Source: a virus (taxonomy: Duplodnaviria; Caudoviricetes). From it: 56,542 nucleotides of DNA. The notes beneath the pieces are model-generated. The model did no database searches. It saw only the letters and a program-made list of their open reading frames with translations, and was not told the origin of the DNA. The position numbers and the translations under genes are program-made. Below, piece after piece: positions 1-13,300 of this stretch. Location: IMG/VR virus record IMGVR_UViG_3300017765_000004, positions 1 through 56,542 of that record; one strand, written 5' to 3'. Position 1 is the stretch's first letter; each line of letters begins with the position of its first letter.

Positions 1-2
1 AA

Positions 3-3000
3 GATCAACTTCTTGATGTTGAGAGTGCTTCAATAGGTATAATTCAAAATAATCAATTCAATTCTAACAATATTGGGTTTGGTTATCCATCTGATAGAAC
101 TTTAAGACCAATTGCAAATCTTCCTGAAATTCTGAGAATACAACCACTAGCATCATTTGGTAGAATTGGAATCACATCATCAGGAAATAATTATCTGATT
201 GCTCCTGATCTAGTAGTATTTGACGTAGTATCTAATAGAGTCATCACAAGTGTTGACCTAGAGTTTAATCTTGGTGATCCAGTAGTAAATATTCGTAAAA
301 ATACTACAGGATTGAATGATGTCAATCCAAGAATTATTCCTATTAATAATACTAATGGTGTAGGTGTCAATACACTAAGTTTTGACTCCAGCACTAATAG
401 AGTTAAACTTTATTTAAATACAACATTTAGCAACCAAGAAGATTTCCCATTCACAGTTGGTAAAAATGTACTTGTGGAAAAAATAGATGTAGGATTGAAC
501 ACTACAGGCAAGGGATACAACTCTGAAGATTATTCATATTCATTATTTGAAGTTACATCAGTTAATCCAAAACTTGGAGGAACTGGTGCCTATGTTGAAT
601 ATTCATTAGATGAGGTTCTATCAGTTGGAGAGACACCTGGTGCAGTTATAACTGCACAGTATGGTAAAGTTGTGCCTGAACATCAGTTCCCCACATTTGA
701 TATTACTCTTTCTAAAAATAATTACATTGTTGGTGAAAAGGTTTCAATCAATGATGATCCCTTAAATCTTGGAGTTGTTGAATCCTGGGATCCTCTATCA
801 GAAATGCTAAAAGTTTCCATTGGTAAGGAGTTGCAGGTAAACGATATTGTAAGAGGATTAAGTTCTGATACTCAGGGAGATATAAGAAGTAAAGATGATT
901 TTGATTCAGAGATTTTAATTGGTGCTGGAACCACAATTATTAATGGTTGGCAGAGAAGTGCTGGATTCTTCAATGAAACAACTCAAAGAATACCAGATAA
1001 TCAATATTATCAAAAGTTCTCATATTCTATTAGATCAAAAGTTCCATTTAAGCAATGGGATTCTACAGTAAGTGCCCTCAACCATGCTGCTGGATTTGCT
1101 AAGTATGCTGATTTGCAGATTATAAGTGAATTAGAGAATTCATTTGCAGCTGTAGTTAAACCAGATGATTCAAATATTGAAACTATTGTTGATATTATCA
1201 GTACCAGTGATACCAACTGTGATTATAATTTTGATTATGTCAGAGATAGAACCGTATTCATAAAAGGTGAAATTCATTCAACAGAGATAGTTTTCCAAAA
1301 TAAAATAATTGCTGATTATTTTGAGTCAGTGGGAAATAGAGTTCTTTCTATTGATGATATTAGTGCTGAATTCAATAGCAATGAAAGACCTGACAGATTC
1401 TCAAGTACTGGAAGTTTTGAGAATACTTTCAAGTTCAACAAAATGTTGACATTTGCTAAAGACATTCAGTTTACTGATGAAAAACAATTCTCAGTTGTCA
1501 ATCTAATTCAGGATTCTGAAACAGGTTATATTAGAGAGTATTCTATTTTAGAAAGTGTTGGTAGAAACTTAGGATCTTATGATTATTTGGTGACTAGTGA
1601 TGGTTGGGATTTAACTTTTAATCCAGTGCTCTTTGAATTCAACAATTATACCACATCAGTAATTTCATTCAGTGGTTTAAGTGATTATAGTGGAATAGGA
1701 TCAGTTCATGCAATTGGAACTGCTGTAAGCACATTTAGTGAGCAGCACAGTGTACCAACAGGCATTGCAACTACAATAGCAACAATACCTCTTACTTCCA
1801 GATCTGCTAAAGTTCTTGTAATGCTGCAAGATTCAAGTGACAACTATGTTGGAAATGAATTAAATATCATTCATGATGGAACAAATGTAAGTCTTCTTGA
1901 ATATGGAAATAGTGCTGACTCTAACTCAACCAACTATGTTGGATTTGGAAGCTTTGATGCAAATATTGTTGGTGGAAACATTATTGTCAATTACACATCC
2001 AATGCTTCATCTACTCTCACAGCAAACACCCAAGTAGTTTCTGTCTCTGATACAGCAACAGGGATTGGAACAATTACATTAGATGTGGGAAGACTTAAAT
2101 CATCTTATGTGAGCATTCCTGTCTCTGGAGCTGGTTTAGCAAATACAATCACATCATTTGATTTGCCATATCAAAGTGGTTACTACTATGTAACTGTAAA
2201 GGATACAACAAATAATGTATATGAATCTTTTGAAATTGCTGCAGTTGATAGTGGCAGTGAAACAAGAGAATTGTTTGTTGAATTTGCAAATATATCTACT
2301 GGAAGTAGTATTGGACAAGTTGGCATATCAACTGCTGGAACTAGCAATCTTGACATAGTATATACTCCAAATGCAAGCACTGCTGTTGAAGTAAGAACAT
2401 TTGGAATTGAACTGCAACCTTATGATGAAAATGAAAACTCAACAGAAGTTGATTACTTTAATTGGAAGCTTAAATCATCCAGAGGATCTTATACAGGAAC
2501 AAAATTTGAAATTAGAACAGATTTTGATCTTAAACATGAAGGACTTCCAATATTTAAGAGAATTATTGATGGCAGTAATCCATCAATAGCAGATACATCA
2601 TCAAATTTAATTAAAGTTCCAAATCACTTCTTTGTTACTGGAGAAAATATTTCTTACAGTAATTCTGGGGCTGGAACAACACAATCTCTTGGAATTACAT
2701 CTACAAATATCTCAGGTGTGGTTACAGATAAATTACCTGATAGTTTATTTGTAGTCAAAATTGATGAGAGTTCAATTAGATTTGCTGATACTGCAGAAAA
2801 TGCACTTAAAGTTATTCCTCAAACACTTACTCTTGATTCTGTTGGTATTGGAAACTCACATGTATTCACATCCAAGAAACAAAACACCAAAGCTCTTGTA
2901 GCGATTGATAATATGATACAATCACCAATTGTAGCAACTGGTGTAACTGCTGCACTTGGTCAGGATATCATTTTTGCAACAAGTTTTAGTGTTACTGGAG

Positions 3001-5786
3001 TCAATTCAATCTTCTCTAGTGATGTTATACAGGTCAATGATGAAATTATGGTCATCAATGATGCAGGTTCTGGTGGTAGTGCTACTTTCAATGTTCAGAG
3101 GGGTAAATTAGGCACAACAATTCAGTCTCATGGTGTTGGATCAACAATTACCAAACTGGGTGGTAATTATAATATTGTTGAAAATAGAATCCACTTTGCT
3201 GGAGCACCTTTTGGTAAAAATCCAATAGGCACAGTTACTAATCCACCTGACTCAAGAGATTTTAATGGAATTACGACTAGTTCATCATTCCAAGGAAGGA
3301 CATTCCTCAGAAATGCTGCTTTAAGAACCAGTTCTGAAACATATGATGATAATTACATTTTTGATGATATTTCAACAGACTTCACTGGTGTAACTAGTTC
3401 ATTTATATTAAAATCAGGTGGTCAGAATGTTACTGGAGTAGCAACTGGTAATGGTGTAATACTAGTAAATGGTATATTCCAACTTCCTAAAGGAGTGCAA
3501 CCAGAAGATAATAATTATAACATTATTGAAAGTGTTGGTGTATCAACTATAACATTCCAAGGATCTGTAAATCCACATGGTTATGATCCAGGTGCTGGAG
3601 AGTTCCCAATGGGAGGAACAATAGTATCTGTAGGATCAAGCAGTGGATCTGGATATCAATCACTCGTATCAGCAGGTGGAACAGTGAATGTTTCCATTGC
3701 AGGAACAGTTTCATCCATCAGCATAGGTAACAGTGGAAGTGGATATAGATCTGGCATTCAAACTACCGTGAATGTTGCTGTTACAACAGCATCTACAGGG
3801 ATTCCAAATCTTGAATTTATTGGAACAGCAACTGTAAGTGGTGGAATTGTAGTTGATGTTAATATTACAAATCCAGGTTCTGGATACACATTTACAAACC
3901 CACCATTAGTTGTATTTGATGATCCACTTTCCTACAGTGATATTCCTTTAGAATACACTTCATCATCAGTTGTAGGTTCTGGACAAAGTGCAACAGTAAA
4001 TCTTACAGTGGGGAGAGGAACTGGAATTATTGATTTCTCAATAAACAATAGAGGATATGGATATGGTGTAGGAGAGGTCTTAACAGTTGATGTTGGTGGT
4101 GTCACAGGTATCCCAACTGACATTTCAAAATCATTTGAAGAATTCTCACTTACCATTGAAAGAACACAAACTGATTCATTCAATGGATGGTCACTTGGTC
4201 AATTCACTGTTCTTGATTCATTTGAAAATGAATTTGATGGATTTAAGAAAACATTTAGATTAACAGAGAATGGTGAAACAGTTTCAATAGTTGCACAAAG
4301 AGGTTCAACAATTAATATTGAAGAAACTCTTGTTATATTGATCAATAATATCCTGCAAAAACCAAATGAGGCATTTACTTTTGAGGGTGGCAGCATTGTT
4401 GAATTTAAAGAAGCACCAGTATCTGGTCAGACTGCACAAATATTATTCTACAAAGGAAGTGGTGACGATATTGATGTTGTCTTTAGAGATGTTGTTGATA
4501 CTGTAAAAGTTGGAGATTCTCTGGATATTAATCATAATCCAAGATCTGGTCAATCAATTATTCTTGATCAAGATAAGAGAATTGTTACAGGCATTAACAC
4601 CATTGATACTGTTGAAACTAATCTTTACAATGGAGTTGGTATTAATTCTGATGGAACAATCATTAGACCAGTCACATGGTGTAAGCAAACAAGTGATTTA
4701 GTTGTAAATGGTGCAAAAGTTAATAAGAATAGGGGTGAATATGAACCAATAATAAGACCATCTTCTTATTTAATTAATAATGTTTCTACATCATCTACTG
4801 AGATTTATGTTAATAATCTTGTGCCATCATTTAATCCAATTAACGAAATATCTAATTCAAATGTAAGAAATGCATATCAAAAAATTGTTCAAATTTATGA
4901 GCAGAGCAATTTTGTTGGTGCTGCAGCCACAGCTATAGTTTCTGTTGCTGGAACTGTATCATTATTGAATCTTACTAATTCTGGTCTTGGATATACTGTG
5001 GCACCTAATGTGTTTATTTCAAATGTGAGTGGTTCTGCTTCTACAGAAGGTAGAGCAGAGGCAACTGCATCCATTGGGGCAGGTGGATCTATCACATCTA
5101 TTGTGGTTTCATATGGTGGCACTACCACAGGGACTGCATATACAACAACAAATCCACCATCAGTTCTGATTGAACCTCCTGCATCTGTTAATGAAAAACT
5201 CAATGTAACAGAATTTTCTGGAGATTATGGGATGATTGTTGGAATTAATTCAACAAAAGTTGGAGCACAGCATAGATTGATATTTGATACCTTCATTCCA
5301 AAACATTCTCTCATGAGAGATACTAATGTGGTAGCAACTGCATCCACTATAAGTGGTATTTCAACAAGTGATTATTTCACTATTTTTGGAACAAATATTT
5401 CAATTGGTGATACATTTGCAGCAAGATCTACAGATGGAACAACCACAGTAGGAATAGCATCAACAGCACTTGATTGTGTTTATCAGGTTCAATCTTATGA
5501 AGATGTAAATGTTACATGTTTTGTTGGAGGAAATACTGGATTTACAACAACAGTAAGAAGAGTGTCAGTGAATGTTGATAGAATTGCTGTTGGATTTGCT
5601 AGCACCTCCACATCTGAACTTGGTGAGTACAGTTGGGGTAAATTAACTTTAGATGATAGAACAAGACCTAGAGACTTCAGTGCTCACACAATGAGTGGTA
5701 TTGGATCTGCTTATTCTAATAGTGGTATTTCAACTTCTGCTGTTGTTAAGAGATTTAATGCTCTTAAATCTCAAAGTTATTCATAA
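3..5786 (+). CDS. gp7: Giant baseplate wedge protein (gp7-like wedge initiator), 5'-truncated by the window edge
   Basis: The frame is open from base 3, so the TTG at 312 is not the real start. It contains the cyanophage wedge motif 'QRIPDNQYYQKFSYSIRSKVPFKQW...LNHAAGF' and many 'GSGY' beta repeats, and lies directly upstream of gp8. Confidence 0.65.
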   Translation, partial: DQLLDVESASIGIIQNNQFNSNNIGFGYPSDRTLRPIANLPEILRIQPLASFGRIGITSSGNNYLIAPDLVVFDVVSNRVITSVDLEFNLGDPVVNIRKNTTGLNDVNPRIIPINNTNGVGVNTLSFDSSTNRVKLYLNTTFSNQEDFPFTVGKNVLVEKIDVGLNTTGKGYNSEDYSYSLFEVTSVNPKLGGTGAYVEYSLDEVLSVGETPGAVITAQYGKVVPEHQFPTFDITLSKNNYIVGEKVSINDDPLNLGVVESWDPLSEMLKVSIGKELQVNDIVRGLSSDTQGDIRSKDDFDSEILIGAGTTIINGWQRSAGFFNETTQRIPDNQYYQKFSYSIRSKVPFKQWDSTVSALNHAAGFAKYADLQIISELENSFAAVVKPDDSNIETIVDIISTSDTNCDYNFDYVRDRTVFIKGEIHSTEIVFQNKIIADYFESVGNRVLSIDDISAEFNSNERPDRFSSTGSFENTFKFNKMLTFAKDIQFTDEKQFSVVNLIQDSETGYIREYSILESVGRNLGSYDYLVTSDGWDLTFNPVLFEFNNYTTSVISFSGLSDYSGIGSVHAIGTAVSTFSEQHSVPTGIATTIATIPLTSRSAKVLVMLQDSSDNYVGNELNIIHDGTNVSLLEYGNSADSNSTNYVGFGSFDANIVGGNIIVNYTSNASSTLTANTQVVSVSDTATGIGTITLDVGRLKSSYVSIPVSGAGLANTITSFDLPYQSGYYYVTVKDTTNNVYESFEIAAVDSGSETRELFVEFANISTGSSIGQVGISTAGTSNLDIVYTPNASTAVEVRTFGIELQPYDENENSTEVDYFNWKLKSSRGSYTGTKFEIRTDFDLKHEGLPIFKRIIDGSNPSIADTSSNLIKVPNHFFVTGENISYSNSGAGTTQSLGITSTNISGVVTDKLPDSLFVVKIDESSIRFADTAENALKVIPQTLTLDSVGIGNSHVFTSKKQNTKALVAIDNMIQSPIVATGVTAALGQDIIFATSFSVTGVNSIFSSDVIQVNDEIMVINDAGSGGSATFNVQRGKLGTTIQSHGVGSTITKLGGNYNIVENRIHFAGAPFGKNPIGTVTNPPDSRDFNGITTSSSFQGRTFLRNAALRTSSETYDDNYIFDDISTDFTGVTSSFILKSGGQNVTGVATGNGVILVNGIFQLPKGVQPEDNNYNIIESVGVSTITFQGSVNPHGYDPGAGEFPMGGTIVSVGSSSGSGYQSLVSAGGTVNVSIAGTVSSISIGNSGSGYRSGIQTTVNVAVTTASTGIPNLEFIGTATVSGGIVVDVNITNPGSGYTFTNPPLVVFDDPLSYSDIPLEYTSSSVVGSGQSATVNLTVGRGTGIIDFSINNRGYGYGVGEVLTVDVGGVTGIPTDISKSFEEFSLTIERTQTDSFNGWSLGQFTVLDSFENEFDGFKKTFRLTENGETVSIVAQRGSTINIEETLVILINNILQKPNEAFTFEGGSIVEFKEAPVSGQTAQILFYKGSGDDIDVVFRDVVDTVKVGDSLDINHNPRSGQSIILDQDKRIVTGINTIDTVETNLYNGVGINSDGTIIRPVTWCKQTSDLVVNGAKVNKNRGEYEPIIRPSSYLINNVSTSSTEIYVNNLVPSFNPINEISNSNVRNAYQKIVQIYEQSNFVGAAATAIVSVAGTVSLLNLTNSGLGYTVAPNVFISNVSGSASTEGRAEATASIGAGGSITSIVVSYGGTTTGTAYTTTNPPSVLIEPPASVNEKLNVTEFSGDYGMIVGINSTKVGAQHRLIFDTFIPKHSLMRDTNVVATASTISGISTSDYFTIFGTNISIGDTFAARSTDGTTTVGIASTALDCVYQVQSYEDVNVTCFVGGNTGFTTTVRRVSVNVDRIAVGFASTSTSELGEYSWGKLTLDDRTRPRDFSAHTMSGIGSAYSNSGISTSAVVKRFNALKSQSYS

Positions 5787-5793
5787 AAAGTCT

Positions 5794-5801
5794 AATAAAT
5801 A
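5794..5801 (+). promoter_or_regulatory. T4-type late promoter (AATAAATA) for gp8
   Basis: TAAATA core in the short intergenic gap just upstream of ATG 5819; gp55 is encoded in this window. Confidence 0.65.
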
Positions 5802-5818
5802 AAAAAAAGTCCTAAAAA

Positions 5819-7375
5819 ATGGCTGCGATAATAACTGATCAACTTCGTATTCTAAATGCTAAGAATTTTGTTGCTGGAATTCAGTCTAGTAGCAATTCTT
5901 ATTATTCATTTATTGGACTTCCTAATCCTGCTTCATATCAAAGCACGTGGAATCAAAATCCACCATCCCCACTCGATAGTCTAGATCAAACTAATCAGTA
6001 TTGGGATACAATGCTGGCAATGAAAAAGATTAATAGTAGTGATATTACTCAGGTTGTAAGGAAGAATACATGGCAGTCTGGAACCACATATGATATGTGG
6101 AGAAATGATATTACAATTGATAATCAATCTCAACCATCTGGTGCAGCAGATATCTACTCAGCAAATTATTATGTAATGAACTCTGATTTCAGAGTTTATA
6201 TCTGTTTGTATAATAATGCAAATCCTGAAAACAGTTTTGAAGGTGGACCTTCTTTAGATGAACCAACATTTACAGATTTAGAACCAAGAACTGCTGGTAG
6301 CAATGGTGATGGATATATTTGGAAATATCTTTACACCATTAAACCAAGTCAAGCTATCAGATTTGATTCAACTAATTATATTCCTGTGCCTAGTAATTGG
6401 TCAACCAGCACTGATGACTATGCTGTAAGACAAAATGCTGATGTTAGTGGTCAAATTAAGATTATTACTATCAGAGAAAGAGGTGCTGGACTTGGAAATG
6501 CACAAACATATTCTAATGTTCCTATAAATGGAGACGGAATAGGTGGAAAGGCAACTGTTGTTGTAAATGCTGATGCTAAAATTGAGTCAGTTTCTGTATC
6601 AAATGGTGGAACTGGATATACATATGGAACATTAGATCTAAAGGCTGGTGGAATACCAACTGGAACTACTGATCCTGTTTTTAATGTTATTATTCCACCA
6701 CCTGGTGGTCATGGAAAAGACATTTATAGAGAGTTGGGTGCATACAATGTTCTTGCTTATGCAAGATTTGAAAATGACACTGAAAATCCTGACTTTATTA
6801 CTGGTAATGAATTTGCCAGAGTTGGTCTCATTGAGAATCCAACTGTCTTTGATTCATCTGGTATTTTTGAGCAAGATAAAGGCAGTGCCACTTATGCTCT
6901 TAAATTAGTTGGTACAGGATATAGTAGTGCAACATTTACAGCAGATAGTATAGTAACTCAGACTGTTGGTCTTGGATCAACAGCAGTTGGAAGAGTTGTA
7001 TCCTATGATCAGACCACAGGAGTATTGAAATATTGGCAAGATAGGTCAAATTCTGGTTTCAATACCAATGGTACACAGAATTCATCACCAACTTTTGGTT
7101 TTTCTGCCTTAAGATTTACACCAGCAATTACAAGTGGTGGAAGTTATAGCATTGTCCCTACTTCTGGTAATACATTATTCATTCAAACATCATTTACAGG
7201 TATATCGACAGTAATAAATAATAGAGATTATTACTTGGGTCAGCAGTTCACAAGTGGATTTGCTAACCCTGAGGTTGAAAAATACTCTGGAAATATCATA
7301 CATGTTGATAATAGACCAGCAGTAACCAGGTCATCATCTCAAAAAGAAGACGTCAAAATCATTTTGCAGTTCTAA
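5819..7375 (+). CDS. gp8: Baseplate wedge subunit gp8
   Basis: 'MAAIITDQLRILNAKNF', 'YYVMNSDFRVYICLYN', 'DGYIWKYLYTI' and C-terminal 'QKEDVKIILQF' are typical of cyanophage gp8; synteny agrees. Confidence 0.85.
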   Translation: MAAIITDQLRILNAKNFVAGIQSSSNSYYSFIGLPNPASYQSTWNQNPPSPLDSLDQTNQYWDTMLAMKKINSSDITQVVRKNTWQSGTTYDMWRNDITIDNQSQPSGAADIYSANYYVMNSDFRVYICLYNNANPENSFEGGPSLDEPTFTDLEPRTAGSNGDGYIWKYLYTIKPSQAIRFDSTNYIPVPSNWSTSTDDYAVRQNADVSGQIKIITIRERGAGLGNAQTYSNVPINGDGIGGKATVVVNADAKIESVSVSNGGTGYTYGTLDLKAGGIPTGTTDPVFNVIIPPPGGHGKDIYRELGAYNVLAYARFENDTENPDFITGNEFARVGLIENPTVFDSSGIFEQDKGSATYALKLVGTGYSSATFTADSIVTQTVGLGSTAVGRVVSYDQTTGVLKYWQDRSNSGFNTNGTQNSSPTFGFSALRFTPAITSGGSYSIVPTSGNTLFIQTSFTGISTVINNRDYYLGQQFTSGFANPEVEKYSGNIIHVDNRPAVTRSSSQKEDVKIILQF

Positions 7376-7381
7376 AAAATT

Positions 7382-10300
7382 ATGCCACAGGAAACTAACC
7401 TCAACGTTGCTCCTTACTTTGATGATTTTGACCCGCAGAGCAATTATTACAAAGTACTTTTTAAACCAGCCTATCCAGTTCAAGCTAGAGAACTGAACAA
7501 TCTGCAGTCAATTCTGCAAGATCAGGTTGAAAATCTAGGAAATCACTTTTTTAAAGAAGGCGCAAAGGTAATTCCTGGGCAAACAAACTATTTCAGCACC
7601 TTTCATGCTGTCCAAATTAACTCATCTTATTCTGGAATTTCTGTAAGTGCCTATTTGGACCAGTTGATTGGCAAAAAAATCACAGGTAGAACATCTGGAA
7701 TTCAAGCAAAAGTTGTATCTTACATAACAGATACAGTTTCTGAACTTGAAAATTACACTTTGTATGTAAATTACATAACTTCTGGGTCAGATTCTGATGT
7801 TGAACAGTTTTCTGATGGAGAAATTTTAAATACTGATGAAAATATTTCATTTTTAGATACTTTTATATCATCAGGAGAGGGTTTTGCACAAACTTTGTCA
7901 CAAAATGCAACTGCAATTGGTTCTGCATTTGGAATTAGTCAAGGAATTTACTTTTTAAGAGGACATTTTGTTGATGTTTTTGATGAATTGTTGATTTTAG
8001 ATCAATATTCCAATAAACCAAGTTATAGAATTGGTTTTTTTGTAAAAGAAGAGTTAATTTCTTCAGCAAATGATCAAAGTTTAACTGATAATGCACAAGG
8101 ATTTAATAATTACACTGCTCCAGGTGCTGATAGACTTAAAATTTCTGCAACTTTAACAAAAAAAGCACCTGATGACTTCAATGATCAGAATTTTGTTCAA
8201 ATTGCTGAAGTAAAAAATGGTATTTTAAGAAATATCAATAAAAATACTAATTTTAATAACAATTTAAAGGATGAATTAGCAAGAAGAACCTTTGATGAAT
8301 CTGGTCATTACTACATCAAAGAGTTTTTGACTGTTGCAAGAGAAAGTTTGAATAATGGATATGGAAATAAGGGAATTTACAGTGTAGGTCAATTAACTGA
8401 TTCTGGTAATGTGCCAAGTGATGATCTTGGAGTTTATAAAATATCACCAGGAAAAGCATATGTAAGAGGATTTGAGGTTGATAGGCCAAGAACTACATTT
8501 CTAGATTTTGTCAAACCAAGAACCACAAAAAAATTAACAAGTCAAGGTATAAACTTTGGATTTGGTCCTACTATTGCTGTTAATAGAGTAAGTGGATCAC
8601 CAAATATTGGTTTTAATACTGATTATACAATCTCTCTAAGAGATCAAAGAGTAGGTGTTGGTTCTTTTGTATCACCAGGAACAGAAATTGGAATGGCAAG
8701 AGTATATGATTTTTCTCTTGAGTCAGGTTCTTATGAAACCAACTTGAATATCAACAAATGGGATTTATCACTTTACGATGTTCAGACATATGTTGATGTT
8801 AGGATGAATCAACCTCATACATTGACTGTTCCAACGTTTGTTGAGGGACAATCAAGTGGAGCTACAGGATTTATAAGATATCCTGTTGAAGTTGGTGTTG
8901 CAATGACAGTATATGGTGTTAGTGGTGATTTCCATATTGGTGAGAAACTTGTTTTTAATGGAATTGGTACTGATGCTAGAACTTCTACTGCAGTCACAGC
9001 ACATACAATATCTGATGTTCAATCTGTATTTGGTATAACAGCAGTTGGATCAACATTCACTGCAGATATTGTGCCTACTGCTGCAAGAGTCATTGGCATT
9101 GCATCAATTACAGCTAGAACTGGAAATCCACTCACATCAACTGTAACATCTCCTGGATTGGCATTTGCAGGAATTACTACAATTGGTGACTTGGTCAGTT
9201 TTAGTGTTCCTGGACAGTCAAACAAAAACTTTGCTAGAGTTACTCAAGTAGATACAGCTTCTATTGGAATAAGCACAGTAGCATCAGTAGCAGGTATTTG
9301 TAGTGGACTATTAAATGTTGATTCTGTAAGTGTTTCTGACTTCACAATATTAAAATCTAATTTTGTAGATCAAGCACCTCCTGGCAATATTGCTGGTAAT
9401 AATTCACTTTATAGTGTTTTTCAGAAAAAAAATATTGAGTCAGTTGATGTAAGTGATGTAACTCTTGATATAAGAAGATCATTTACTTTAACTCTTAATA
9501 CCTCTGGAGAAAGCTCTACAGTGAGCACAGGGACTGATGAAGTATTTTTAGCATTTGATGAGGAGAGATATTCATTAACGAGATCTGATGGTGGTATTGA
9601 ACCAATCACATCAAAAAATCTTGTTTTTACTTCAGGTAATCAAACACTCAGATTTGTAGGTCTAGAAGGAATTGAAGATCCTGATGCTCTTTTAATTGCA
9701 ACAATAAGAAAATCAAAGATTAAGTCAAAAACAAAGGTTAGAGTTCCAGCAGCAACTGTTCTTATTGACAAATCTTCTAACTCTTCTTCTGGATCAACTC
9801 CTACCAGTTTAAATGATGGACTAACATTTGGTAATTATCCATATGGAACTAGAGTGCAGGACAAAATTATTTCATTAAATGTTCCTGATGTTAAGTGGAT
9901 TTACGGTATTTTTGAAGCAAATGGAACAGAGACCCCTACATCACCAAATATGACTGTAGGATCATTAGATGGTCCAACTTCAAAAACAGATGATTTAATT
10001 ATTGGTGAAGAATTTATTGGTCAAACATCAGGTGCTCAAGCTGCATATGTTGGCAAGAGGGCTGATAATTCAATTGATTTCATCTATGAAAATCAAACAA
10101 GATTTTTTGAAAATGAAATAGTCAATTTTCAATCATCAGGCATTAATGCAATTGCATCTGATGTTAGTAATGGCAGCAAAAATATTACATCTGACTTCAA
10201 TCTTAATGGAGGATTTACTAAAAGTCACTATGATTATTCAAGAATTGTAAGAAGACCTGGAGCTTCAATTCCAACAAGAAAAATAAAAATATATGTTTTA

Positions 10301-13300
10301 AAGGCAAATTACAACTCCTCTGACACTGGTGATATCACCACAGTAAATTCATATAATGAATTTGATTACACTAGTGAGATATCTCAGACTGCAGGAATTA
10401 GACATACTGACATCATTGATTTAAGACCCAGGGTGAATGACTATTCAGTTACAGAGGGATCTAGATCTCCTTTTGAGTTTTTGGGAAGATCTTTCCTTAA
10501 TGGAAATCACAGTTCTGCTGATATCGTTGCTGATGGTGAATCAATATTACTTGATTACTCATACTACCTACCAAGAATTGATAGAATTTATCTGACAAAG
10601 GATGGAGCTTTTGTTGTAAAAAATGGAACACCTGCTGATATTCCATCTCCACCAGGAGAACTGCCTGGAGCACTGAACATTGCTAATATTACATTACCAG
10701 CATATCTCTATAGTGCAGAGGAAGCACAAGTCAAGTTTATTGGCCATAAGAGATATCAAATGAATGATATTGGTAGAATTGAAAAAAGATTATCAAATGT
10801 TGAATATTTTACCTCTCTCAGCAGACTTGAAACAAGTGTACAATCTCAATTTGTTCCTGATGCAAATGGATTAGATAGATTTAAAAATGGATTCTTTACT
10901 GATAACTTTTCAGATAGAACAGGACAAGATTCTGGAACAGGTGTAAAAAACAGTATTGATAGAGCAAATAATATTTTAAGACCTGCTCATCACTGTACAT
11001 CTATCAATCTTCAACTTGGTACTGATGCAATCGCTGGAATTGGTACAACATCCTTTGCAAATGATCCAAGATATGCAAATATTTTAGGAAACAACATTGC
11101 TAGAAATATAAAGAATGATGGTGATGTTTCAAATGTCATTTCACTCAATTATAGTGAAGTTGAATGGTTTGACCAACCATATGCAACTAGAACTGAAAGT
11201 GTGACACCTTTCCTTGTCAGATTCTATCAAGGAACAATATCACTTGATCCAACAGCAGATGTTTGGGTTGATACAAATCAACTTGAAGTAAATGATATTA
11301 CAATGATGGGATCTCTTGATGGAGTAGCATCAGCACTACAAGTTGAACTCAGAGATAACGCTGATGGCACAAGATCTGGGGTTAGTCCAATAATATGGGG
11401 ATCATGGGAAACTACTGGTGTAGATGTTGATTTTGATCTTGATGTTAGTAATGATACTGAAACTGCTGCAAACTCACTTAGAGAAGCTACTGCCTCTGAA
11501 TTTGAAAGTTTGTTTGAGGGTGGTGCGCAAAATGGTAGAGATGCTCTTGCTAGAAGAGGTGGTGTTGTTCCCAGTAATTTTGCAGTTGAAGTCACTGGAG
11601 AAACAACATTAACAACTACAGTAAGTGGATCAGTGGGTGTTGATCTTCAGCAAAGGAGAAGAGGAACTAGGAATAGTGTAAGTGAAGTATTCCCTAGACC
11701 AACTAGTTCTTTTGGTAACAGAGTTGTAAGAAGAGAGATCATCCATAAGATGAGATCAAGAAATATTGAATTTAATTCTAAAGGAATGAAGTCCTTTACA
11801 AGGGTGTATCCATTCTTTGATAACATCAGTGTTTCAAGATTCTGTACTCCTAAACTTGTTGAAATAGAGATGGTATCTGGAACTTTCCAGGTTGGAGAAG
11901 AGGTATTTGGTACTGTTGGAATAACCACAGCAAATTCTGATACTACAACAAATGCTCGTATAAGATGTGTTGTCTGTCAATCAAATCACAGATATGGTGA
12001 CAGAACAAACCCATCTGATACTTTCACTCAGAATCCATATGATAGAAATAATACTGTACCTACCACTTATTCAGAATCATCAACTATTCTGAATATTGAC
12101 ACTAAGGATCTTTCAGATGAATCATCTGATTTAACAGGTGGTTATGTGGTAACTGGAATGAACCTTGTGGGGCAGACCAGTGGTGCTCAGGCAAGAGTAA
12201 GTGATGTAAGGTTGATTACTGATCAAATAGGTGTAATTATTGGATCTTACAGAGTTCCAGATACATCTGCTGATTCAGCACTTCCTATGTTTGATACTGG
12301 TAGAAATACTTTTAGACTTACCAGTAGCTCAACAAATAGTAAAGTTGAAGGATTATTTAATACTGCTGCAGAGGAGATTTTCTATTCACAAGGAGATCTT
12401 GATCAAACTCAAGAGGTAACTCTTGCATTAAGAAATGCTACTGCTAGTATTGACAATAATGCTGACCAACAGACTAGATCATTAGATGATACTGCTTCTG
12501 CTACAGCAACATCAGAAGCTGTTACTGTAGATAGTGGTGGTGATTTAACAGGCAACTTCAGAGACCCTCTTGCTCAAACATTTGACATTGATGACAAAGA
12601 AGGTGTCTTTATTACAAGTATTGACATTTTCTTCCAATCTATTGATTTTGATGGACCAATGGAAGTTGAACTTAGAGAAGTTGAACTTGGACTCCCTGTT
12701 ACTAAGAGAATTGCAGGATCATTAGTTCAACTTGATCCAGGCACATCTCAAAATCCAAAAATTCAAGTGTCTAATGATGGAACAGTGGCAACAAATGTAA
12801 AATTTGATTATCCAGTATACCTATCAGGGGAAAGAGAGTATGCTGTTGTTCTACTTGCTAATGTAACTGATTATAGAGTATGGATTTCAAGACTGGGTGA
12901 GATTGATATTACAACTGTCAACAATAACGAATCAGCACAGACATTAGTTTCAACTCAACCACTTCTTGGATCACTATTCAAGTCACAGAGTGGATCAACT
13001 TGGACACCAAGTCAATATGAGGACCTCAAGTTCAAACTCTATAGAGCTGACTTTGTTTCAAATGGTAATGTTCAATTCTTTAATCAGAATCTTCCACAGA
13101 AAGAGGAAGCAATAAGTCAAAATTCTATTGAGATCATTAGAAATGAGGTAAGAGTAGGATTAGGAACCACTCTGGCTGGAAATATTGGTTTAGAACCTGG
13201 TGTCACAATCAAACAAAAAAATACACTTGGCACAGTTCTTGGGAGTGGTAAACTCATATCCCTTGGTTCTTCAATCACTAGTGATTTAGCAATTACTAAT

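Noticed and set aside
312-314. TTG start for the first large ORF
   Set aside because: The frame is open back to the window edge, so the gene begins upstream.
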